DNA of 63,936 nucleotides, filler included, from an uncultured bacterium (GTDB lineage: Bacteria > Hinthialibacterota > Hinthialibacteria > Hinthialibacterales > Hinthialibacteraceae), in the NCBI GenBank assembly GCA_964449065.1. It is 4 parts of 4 records of this genome, joined end to end, with 100 filler letters (N's around TTAATTAATTAA, not from the genome) between each part and the next. Parts side by side here need not be neighbours in the genome. Positions count along the whole stretch, not along the records: positions 1 to 16,262 come from CAYVAZ010000089.1; 3 more parts are not named here. The stretch is one strand, 5' to 3'. Made by a program: the position numbers and the translations under genes. Below the pieces are notes generated by a model, which made no database searches, was not told where the DNA came from, and saw only the letters and a list, made by a program, of their open reading frames with translations. Positions 1 through 7,449 of this stretch are shown here, piece by piece (positions within the stretch are counted from its first letter, which is position 1; each line of letters starts with the position of its first letter).

Positions 1-168
1 TGACCGCTCTCACCCTTTTGGTGATTATTTTTCAACTGCTCCGCATTTTATAATTATATTATATTCAAAAAGTTATGGCATACTTTTCAATAGCAACTGC
101 TTTTTTTAGGATAAAAGGTGTCATAACTCACATTCTTTTTGCAACTTGATATTAGTATTGCATTTGCC

Positions 169-196
169 GTAGGGGCACATTGCAATGTGCCCCTAC
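169..196. repeat. GTAG-type REP palindrome
   Basis: Perfect 28-bp palindrome GTAGGGGCACATTG/CAATGTGCCCCTAC starting with GTAG. Confidence 0.75.
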
Positions 197-227
197 ACAA
201 CGTCTACGCAACTCTGAAAGTCTCTAG

Positions 228-331
228 TACAGTGTCAACGATTTATTGACGGGTACCGATCCCCCCCTAGCCCCCCTTAACAAGGGGGGAAACAACGGAT
301 AGCCAGCCGCCATTTTTTGATTGACAGGGTA
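228..331. mobile_element. MITE family A (TAS...STA ends, 4-bp NTAG target)
   Basis: Inverted ends TACAGTGTCAA/TTGACAGGGTA flanked by CTAG on both sides. Internal CCCCCCTTAACAAGGGGGG palindrome. Close reverse-complement copy at 26428-26529. Confidence 0.75.
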
Positions 332-343
332 CTAGTCTATGCT

Positions 344-1090
344 TTAATCCGGTTTGCGGGCTTGAATGGTCAATGATCCGGAAATTTCTTTCAATAGGGG
401 AAGCGATTCCAAAAGCCGTCCGAATCCATTCGCGAACGGAATCAACGCTTTGGGGATGCCGGGATGCAAAAAGTCATACGGAGTTACCTTCACATCCACA
501 AATCCAACCCCGCGCAGTGTCTTGGCGATACTCCACCGGAAAAACGCGGTTTCATCTTCGCTGTTATCCAGCCAACCACCGATCCAGTGGACATTCTTCT
601 CAATCGCCACCTGCGGGTTCATCATGTTAGGCTCGGAAAACCAAATCAACCCGCTGGGCTTCAATACACGAAAGCATTCTTCCAACGATTTTTCCACCTC
701 AAAGTGGTGTATCACCGAAGCCCCCACAACCGCGTCGGCGCAGTTGTCGGAAAAGGGCAGCTGATACGCATTGGCGACCTGAAAATCCGCGTGGGGATAC
801 TGCTGAAAACGCTTGATGGCCTCTTTCACGCTCATGGGCGAGATATCCAATCCCACCAGCCGCATCTCCGTGACCTTTTGCAGCAAGAACCGGGTCAGCG
901 CACCGGTACCGCAGCCCAATTCCAACACGAGTGGATCTTGATAGGAGGATAAGGCGTCTAAAATCAAATCGGCGCGGCGTTCTTTCCGCAACAAACCCGC
1001 GGGGGTTGTGCTGCCCCACCAGATTTCCCCGGTTTCCTGCGCCAATCTGTCAAAATGCTCTTGTTCGTGTTTCGCTCGTTGATCGCTCAT
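344..1090 (-). CDS. Class I SAM-dependent methyltransferase
   Basis: Motif I LELGCGTG, GLDIS, LPFSDNCAD and RVLKPSG. Confidence 0.9.
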   Translation of the reverse strand: MSDQRAKHEQEHFDRLAQETGEIWWGSTTPAGLLRKERRADLILDALSSYQDPLVLELGCGTGALTRFLLQKVTEMRLVGLDISPMSVKEAIKRFQQYPHADFQVANAYQLPFSDNCADAVVGASVIHHFEVEKSLEECFRVLKPSGLIWFSEPNMMNPQVAIEKNVHWIGGWLDNSEDETAFFRWSIAKTLRGVGFVDVKVTPYDFLHPGIPKALIPFANGFGRLLESLPLLKEISGSLTIQARKPD

Positions 1091-1159
1091 GATGAGGAAT
1101 GATAGCCATTCAACCCCAAAATCACAGGCCGAAAGATTTACACGGAATAGAAGAAAATA

Positions 1160-1357
1160 TTATTGTAAGCATTCATTTTTCTGGGGTGCAGGATCAACTT
1201 GTTCCAATTCAACATGATATTTCGACAAAACTCTTTTTGAATCAACTCTCAACGATTCGCGGATTTCTTCATCCGACAAATGCTCAAATTCTTGTCTGCA
1301 TTTTTCTTTCCATACTCTCACTTCCAATAATGATGGATCTTCTTTGTATTCACTCAT
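1160..1357 (-). CDS. Small hypothetical protein (65 aa)
   Basis: ATG preceded by GAAGGTGG. Charged helical sequence (DPSLLEVRVWKEK). Confidence 0.55.
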   Translation of the reverse strand: MSEYKEDPSLLEVRVWKEKCRQEFEHLSDEEIRESLRVDSKRVLSKYHVELEQVDPAPQKNECLQ

Positions 1358-1548
1358 GAGCCACCTTCGATGGAGTGATAAATTCGAGAGGGTTAAATAA
1401 AAGCCAATAAAATCCTTGACATCAGATCAAATGAAAACCGCTGGAGAAACGGAAAACCGGTTTGCCAACACACGTATTTGCTTTGCATTCAGTTCCTGTT
1501 TTCCAGAAAGAATGCCCCGAACATGGGCGCAAAAGATGGATACAATAG

Positions 1549-1806
1549 TAGTCCATCAAGGCTGATATGATGGGTGAATGCTTACCCATCCACATGAAAT
1601 GAGTGGGATCAGTCATTCACAAGCGTTAGCGCAGTGTTATACCCCCTTACATAAGGGGGTGGAGCCGAAGGCTCCGGGGGATTTTGCGTCGTTGGAAGCG
1701 TGCTTCGATCCCCCTTACCCCCCTTAATCAAGGAGAGGGACAACAACAGACTCCTTAACAATAGGAGAATAAATTTACCTACCATCATTTCATTGTTGAA
1801 AGACTA
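1549..1806. mobile_element. MITE family A, long variant
   Basis: Ends TAGTCCATCAA/TTGAAAGACTA flanked by ATAG at 1545-1548 and 1807-1810. About 200 bp is homologous in reverse complement to 30767-30970. Confidence 0.75.
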
Positions 1807-1983
1807 ATAGATAGGGTACACTCACAATTGCTAATTCTTGGAGAACATATCTTTTATTGAGCCATTTCGGAAACCTTTTGCCTTGCACAGTTAGACGGCG
1901 GGATCTGCTATGACAAACATACTATTCCCCTTTAAAACATACTCTTTCATTCGCGGTTGAAAAAAAATCCCCTAAAAGAGAGA

Positions 1984-2007
1984 ACCGCCGGCTGGGGGAC
2001 CGGCGGT
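1984..2007 (-). terminator. GC-rich hairpin, probable terminator of the sigma factor gene
   Basis: ACCGCCGG/CCGGCGGT stem followed by pyrimidine and T-rich sequence on the minus strand. Confidence 0.6.
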
Positions 2008-2075
2008 GCAGTAAGGAGTATGAGACAGCGTGTGTAGGGAGGGAGACTACACAACTTTGATTTCTTGTTTCGGGA

Positions 2076-2906
2076 CTAACCGGCAAGCAGCGTTGCCATT
2101 TTGTGTTGTACACAGGGACGGCGCAGTTTGCTCATCGCTTGTTCTTCAATGCGGCGCACACCTTCCGCGCTCAGTCCCATTTCGATGCCCACTTTGCGGA
2201 GGCTGAGTTTTTTGCCTCCATCCTTCAAGCCATACCGGATGGCGAGCACTTGGCGTTCACGATTGTTCAGCACATCCATCGCGTTAGACAACCGCTTGCG
2301 GGCTTCATCTAACCAAACGACTTCACGGGCATCCGGGTAACGTTCTTCAACCAAAACTTTTTCCAGACCGGCATTTTCATTTTCTTCCCCGTGTATAGAA
2401 TTGAAGACCGGAACGAAATCCATGATATCTTCAACCTTGCTTTCTTCGATGCCGAACTCAGCGGCGATTTCACTGTTGCGCGGCTTACGCCCGTTGGCCA
2501 TCCAAAAACTTTGTTCGTAGGCTTTCACTTTTTTTAGCATATCGAGTTTGTTGATCGGCAAATTCACCGGCCGGGATTTTTGTTCGAGTGTCCGTTGAAT
2601 GTACAAACGAATCCACCAGGAGGCGTAGGTAATCAGACGGCATTCTTTCTCCGGGTCAAATTTTTCCAACGCTTCAATGAGACCCAACACGCCTTCTTGC
2701 ACCAAATCGGAAAGACACATGCCTTGGTTGCGGTATTTCATCGCAACTTTGATGACAAAGCGCAAATTGCTTTCTATCAAACGGTGGCGGGCGGCAATGT
2801 CTCCATTTTTAAACCGGATCAGCAATTCTTTTTCTTCTGCTGCCGTGAGAGGTTCGCTCATGCTTTTCTGCTCGAAGCAACGGTCAAGATATGCTTTTTC
2901 CATCAT
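2076..2906 (-). CDS. Sigma-70 family RNA polymerase sigma factor (RpoD/RpoS-like, lacks region 1.1)
   Basis: Region 2 LIESNLRFVIKVA, DLVQEGVLGL, TYASWWIR. Region 4 ERQVLAIRYGL...VRRIEEQAMSKLR. ATG at 2906 with CAGGAG RBS. Confidence 0.92.
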   Translation of the reverse strand: MMEKAYLDRCFEQKSMSEPLTAAEEKELLIRFKNGDIAARHRLIESNLRFVIKVAMKYRNQGMCLSDLVQEGVLGLIEALEKFDPEKECRLITYASWWIRLYIQRTLEQKSRPVNLPINKLDMLKKVKAYEQSFWMANGRKPRNSEIAAEFGIEESKVEDIMDFVPVFNSIHGEENENAGLEKVLVEERYPDAREVVWLDEARKRLSNAMDVLNNRERQVLAIRYGLKDGGKKLSLRKVGIEMGLSAEGVRRIEEQAMSKLRRPCVQHKMATLLAG

Positions 2907-2945
2907 GTTCGACTCCTGGTGTTTGATGTTGTTGATAACACCTAA

Positions 2946-2962
2946 TACAAGCCGTGTGCCAA
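2946..2962 (-). promoter_or_regulatory. Putative sigma54 (-24/-12) promoter
   Basis: TTGGCAC-ACGGC-TTGTA versus consensus YTGGCAC-N5-TTGCW, about 40 bp upstream of the ATG. Confidence 0.5.
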
Positions 2963-3292
2963 CTTTCATATCTAGAAGAATATTTAGTAACTAATTCTGG
3001 TAAAAAAAATGTAAGTCAATTATAATGAGTATATTATAATTGATTAAATCAACGCAATAATTTACCTATAAAAGTAATTATCTGTTACCTTGATAGTTTG
3101 AGAGGGATATTTAGGAAGGATTTTACACGAAATATTCTTCACCCCTGCGAAGGATTCTGCACACTGGAAGAGGGACGGGGGTGAGGGTTTATGGATACAA
3201 TACCCTCTATGAACACGATTGCGTCATAGGGTGCCATCGCTCTCCTCGTCCTCATCTCTTATCCCAAAGGGCTACTCTCCCTACACAACTGG

Positions 3293-3314
3293 GGAGCATC
3301 GGCTTCCAACCGGT
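3293..3314 (+). repeat. REP-like repeat GG(T)AGCATCGGCTTCCARCCGGT
   Basis: Related copies at 30564-30586, 32464-32486 and 32490-32512. Confidence 0.65.
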
Positions 3315-3377
3315 GCGTCAATTCGTCCAACTCAATGTAATTATACTTAAAAGAAGTTGTCTAAACAATGTTTTTTA

Positions 3378-3546
3378 GGAGGGCCAGGCTCCCACCGGGC
3401 CAGGTTTAGGAGGGCGAGGCTCCTGCCGAGCCGGAAGCACGCTTTTCTTCCCTGATAATCCAAAATAACATCTCTATAAAGCCCGATGAACTGAAAATTC
3501 CCGTGTTGTTATTCGCGTGAATTGGCGTGTATTCGAGGTTAAAAAA
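3378..3546 (+). repeat. Composite intergenic repeat (tandem GGAGGGCGAGGCTCC-type REP, MITE-B right end, ATTCGCG motif)
   Basis: 3409-3546 is homologous to 32814-32950 and partly to 57370-57415. Confidence 0.65.
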
Positions 3547-3740
3547 CATGAAACATTACAGATTTAAAATTTTTTGTGTACGGAAAGCAGCCCAAGGGGA
3601 GAAGACGATCGACCTTGCGTTTCACTTGAAAGATTTGGCTTATTCCAAATTACCATGATTCAACCAATAGCCAATCATAATTGACATTAACTCAGGCTAT
3701 GATAGGTAACCCCGTTGGAGTACAAATGGTATGAATGAAG

Positions 3741-3770
3741 GAAATCCGGCCTGGGGATCGGCCGGATTTC
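3741..3770 (-). terminator. Hairpin downstream of the 84-aa gene
   Basis: 11-bp stem GAAATCCGGCC/GGCCGGATTTC with an 8-nt loop. Confidence 0.6.
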
Positions 3771-3838
3771 TTCGGAGATAGGGGATATGAACAAAAGAGT
3801 TGGGGATAAACCCTTTACGAGTCTTTTTTAAGATGATT

Positions 3839-4093
3839 TTACCGGTTCAATAAGCGTTCGAATGAGCCGGAGATACCGTTACTGGCGGTCATATTCAAAT
3901 TCCCGGTGGAGGCAATCAGATAAACCAAGCCCACAGCGAAGGCAACTCCAATCATGATAAAGATAATTCCATTGGTCATTTCTTTGCGGCGCTGCTTATC
4001 ACGCTGCTTTTTCAGCCGTACTAAGCGGGATTGCGAGCGTTGTATGTATCGGTCCGCACCGGGTGATATATACCGTTGATTCGTCATAGCCAT
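3839..4093 (-). CDS. Small single-pass membrane protein (84 aa)
   Basis: GAGGAGG RBS, basic N-terminus, hydrophobic stretch GIIFIMIGVAFAVGLVYLIA. Confidence 0.75.
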   Translation of the reverse strand: MAMTNQRYISPGADRYIQRSQSRLVRLKKQRDKQRRKEMTNGIIFIMIGVAFAVGLVYLIASTGNLNMTASNGISGSFERLLNR

Positions 4094-4147
4094 CTTAAAA
4101 TCCTCCTCTTGGGATTTGCTTTTAAACTTTATTTAATCAAGCAATAC

Positions 4148-4178
4148 TTACTATATATAGTAATACTGATATTGTCAA
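4148..4178 (-). promoter_or_regulatory. Sigma70 promoter overlapped by a 16-bp palindrome
   Basis: TTGACA-17 nt-TATAGT. Perfect palindrome TTACTATATATAGTAA at 4148-4163 covers the -10 box. Confidence 0.65.
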
Positions 4179-4373
4179 GAAAAATTTTGATTATTTTTCA
4201 CTATTGATTCTCTAACAGCAATCGAGATAAACAGTATGATTTTTCCGGTTTTTGACGCGGGGATTTTTGCGGAAGATAAAAATTCAGGAATTACAATTAT
4301 TTACGCGCCCCGATTTGACTGAAAAAAATATCGGATGTAATCTTGGAAAGATACAAGAGAGGGTTTTATTAGG

Positions 4374-6161
4374 ATGAACGATGATTTAACCAGACACAAT
4401 GAAAGCGCTCCTATGCGCCTTATCACCGGGGGGATGATCCTCGCGACACTGATTGGGGCGTTTTGGGCGGGGATGTTCCCCATTCGCGGAAGCAACGACC
4501 CTTGGTGGCACATCAAGACGGGCGAATATTTGTGGAATTATTTCACCAAGAACGGTTTCACTTTTCCACCGTATGATGTGTTTACCTATACCGGTGAAAA
4601 TACCCCCTGGATCAACCATGAGTGGCTCGCCGATCTGATTTTCTACCTGTTTTACAGCATAGGTGGGTTGCAAGGGGCGATTGTCTTTAAATCGGTCGTC
4701 TTAACTGTGATGACCGCCTTGTTCATCCTCTATATGCAGCGCAATGGGGTAGGGTGGAAGATTTCATGCTTGGGCGCAATGGTGATGCTGATGGCGTCAA
4801 CCGGAGGGTTGTTTTTGCGGCCTCCTATCTTTACCTATTTGTTTATTGTGATTTTTTTGCACATCATTTTGTCGTTTCAAACCAGTGATCGATGGTGGCT
4901 GTATTTATTCTTGGCCGTGATTGCGGAAATTGTTTGGATCAACCTGCACGGCGGGGCGGTTATCGGCATCTTGCTGGTCTTCTTTTGGTGGGTCAGCGAT
5001 GTGTGGTTTTGCTTAATCACCTGGTTGAAGGAAAACCCCACTTCACCCTCGTTCAACCGGCTCAAGACCAGTTCGATTGTGCTGGCGGCGGTTTCGCTGG
5101 CTTCACTCATCAATCCCTTTGGATATCACATCCACCTGCTGCCGTTTAAAGTGATGGGTGACAATTTTTTGCTGGAAAACATCGGAGAGATGCAGTCGCC
5201 CAATATGCACTTTGCCAACTCGTTTGAGATCATCATTCTGGCGCTGTTTCTCTTGCCGATGATGCGCGCCGGTTCGATTTGGCTGTATGAAGGGCTTGCG
5301 ATTGTATTCTTTGGGCATCAAGCGCTGAACCACATGCGGCATATTCCGCTGTTCGCGTTGGTTGCCGTTCCGCCGCTGATGAGCGCGTTGGCCGAAGAGC
5401 GCGACACCATGATTCCGAAGGAGGTTAAACGTGGTGACGCGGCCACGGTTTGGGAGCGGTTATCCCGCTGGGTAAACTGGGGACTGCGCTATCATATTGA
5501 TATTTTGCTGATCTTTATTTTTTTCGCGTACACATTTGGTTTGCGCCCCGGCAAGATTTGGGTGCGCAATTATGAAGATTTATCCTACTTAAAGAACCAT
5601 GGCTACATCCCGCAAAAGTATCCCAAAAACTCAGTTGACTTCATTATTCGCATTGGTTTAGAAGGCCCAATTTACAATCACGATAATTACGCAGGGTATT
5701 TGATTTGGCGCTTGTCTCCGGAAATTATGAAGGTATATACCGACAGCCGCTACGATTTATGGGGCAGCAAATACGCCAAAGAGGAATTGGGGGTCTACGG
5801 CGCGCGAAGTTATCCTCTCGGTTGGACGCGTGAAGACGGATTGTGGATTGATATTGACCCATACCGCGTGCATGAGCGCGATGACTTGCTGCAGTTAACC
5901 AATATCGATCCTGAAATTAAAGCGTGGTACGACAGCGGAAAACCGTATTGGCTGTATATATTGGATAAGTATGACGTGAACTTTTTGATCAGCGTGGATA
6001 TCACCGGCGTCCATTATGTGCTGAGCGAAAGCTACAAAGGCTGGGTGAAAATATATGACTATGGCGGGTATGTCATCCACGTACGCGATGCCCCGCAGAA
6101 CGCCGAAATCATGGCACGCCACGCATTGAACCATCAGGAAAAGATACAACACAAGCCGTGA
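4374..6161 (+). CDS. Polytopic membrane protein, GT-C-like putative glycosyltransferase
   Basis: Many TM helices. DPWWHIKTG, WINHEWL, NLHGG and DSRYDLWG motifs. Soluble C-terminal domain. Confidence 0.65.
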   Translation: MNDDLTRHNESAPMRLITGGMILATLIGAFWAGMFPIRGSNDPWWHIKTGEYLWNYFTKNGFTFPPYDVFTYTGENTPWINHEWLADLIFYLFYSIGGLQGAIVFKSVVLTVMTALFILYMQRNGVGWKISCLGAMVMLMASTGGLFLRPPIFTYLFIVIFLHIILSFQTSDRWWLYLFLAVIAEIVWINLHGGAVIGILLVFFWWVSDVWFCLITWLKENPTSPSFNRLKTSSIVLAAVSLASLINPFGYHIHLLPFKVMGDNFLLENIGEMQSPNMHFANSFEIIILALFLLPMMRAGSIWLYEGLAIVFFGHQALNHMRHIPLFALVAVPPLMSALAEERDTMIPKEVKRGDAATVWERLSRWVNWGLRYHIDILLIFIFFAYTFGLRPGKIWVRNYEDLSYLKNHGYIPQKYPKNSVDFIIRIGLEGPIYNHDNYAGYLIWRLSPEIMKVYTDSRYDLWGSKYAKEELGVYGARSYPLGWTREDGLWIDIDPYRVHERDDLLQLTNIDPEIKAWYDSGKPYWLYILDKYDVNFLISVDITGVHYVLSESYKGWVKIYDYGGYVIHVRDAPQNAEIMARHALNHQEKIQHKP

Positions 6162-6171
6162 GGGGTTTTTA

Positions 6172-6367
6172 TACCGTTGCAATTATAGATTGTTGCATGT
6201 TGAAAACGTAATATCTTTCTTTCGTTTGGCTTACAATTCAATCCAAACTAGTAGTCTGTCAATTAAAAAATGACAGCTGGCTACCCGTTGTTGTCCCCCT
6301 TAATCAAGGGGGACAACAACGGCGAGGCTACCATTAACTTATGTGTGACGCTGTACTAGAAACGGTA
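6172..6367. mobile_element. MITE family B containing a nested family A MITE (6252-6355)
   Basis: Outer ends TACCGTT/AAACGGTA. Inner element is flanked by CTAG at 6248-6251 and 6356-6359 and splits the right TIR of the outer one. Confidence 0.7.
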
Positions 6368-6421
6368 TTGTGTTTAAAAACATCCACATCTTTTTCCTGG
6401 CGTTAGTCCGAGTTCCTTTAT

Positions 6422-7417
6422 CTACACATAACTTTGCAGCGCTTTCATGTAATTGGCGCGTTCAAACGCGGCCGGTTCCGGGCAGGAACGCTGGCTCATG
6501 CTGCCGTGCATCGTTGCCAATGAATCGTACTCATGCTCTTCCATCCATACTTCCACATCGCGCAGAACTTTTTGGATATGGGAAGCGCCATTCATCAGCA
6601 GGGCCGAGCACATGGTGGTAACGTTGGCGCCTGCCATCACCATTTTGATTACGTCCTCCGCGGTGTGGATGCCGGTTGAAGCCGCCAGAAAGGTCGGGAC
6701 GCGTTCGTGCAGGATGGCAATCCAGCGTGTGACCAACCGCGATTCATTTGAATTGCTCAACACCAAGTTGGGTTTAACCTCGAGATTTTCGATATCGATA
6801 TCCGGCTGGTAAAAACGGTTAAACAACACCAAACCGGATGCTCCGGCTTCAACCATTTTTTTCGCCGCGTTGCCCATGGATGTGAAGTACGGGCTGAGTT
6901 TCACCGCGACCGGAATGGATACGTGTTCGCAGACATCGCGAATGATATCAAGGTAGATCGATTCCACGTATTCGGAGCTTAATTCCAAATCAGTGGGGAT
7001 GTAGTAGATGTTGAGTTCGAGCGCATCCGCGCCGGCTTGCTGCATTTTCGAGGCGTACTCAATCCATCCCCCTTGGGAAATACCGTTTAAACTGGCGATG
7101 ATAGGTATATCAGTCGCCTGCTTGGCTTGATGAATGTGTTCGAGATATTCATCCGGCCCGAGTTTGTATTCTTCTGGCTCGGGATAGTAATCCAGCGCTT
7201 CGGCGAAGCTTTCGGTGCCGTAGGTCAGGAAGTGGTTGAGTTCCCAGGTTTCGAAGCTGATTTGTTCTTCGAAGAGGGAGTGCAATACCACCGCCGCGGC
7301 GCCGTAATCTTCCAGCCGTTTGATCGAATCCACCTCTTGCGACAATGGAGAAGCGGCAGGAACGATGGGATTTTTCAACGTCATGTTTAGGTATTTGCAA
7401 GTTAAGTCCATGATCAA
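6422..7417 (-). CDS. Dihydroorotate dehydrogenase-like FMN protein (PFOR-associated)
   Basis: LKNPIVPAASPL, SLFEEQI, ADALELN, VAVKLSP and LFNRFYQPDID. Directly downstream of PFOR. Confidence 0.85.
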   Translation of the reverse strand: MIMDLTCKYLNMTLKNPIVPAASPLSQEVDSIKRLEDYGAAAVVLHSLFEEQISFETWELNHFLTYGTESFAEALDYYPEPEEYKLGPDEYLEHIHQAKQATDIPIIASLNGISQGGWIEYASKMQQAGADALELNIYYIPTDLELSSEYVESIYLDIIRDVCEHVSIPVAVKLSPYFTSMGNAAKKMVEAGASGLVLFNRFYQPDIDIENLEVKPNLVLSNSNESRLVTRWIAILHERVPTFLAASTGIHTAEDVIKMVMAGANVTTMCSALLMNGASHIQKVLRDVEVWMEEHEYDSLATMHGSMSQRSCPEPAAFERANYMKALQSYV

Positions 7418-7449
7418 TCCTTTCTCTTAGTTCATTACGCTGGCATCAC

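Noticed and set aside
3681..3703. TTGACA...TATGAT promoter
   Set aside because: The spacer is only 11 nt and it lies in repeat-rich DNA.
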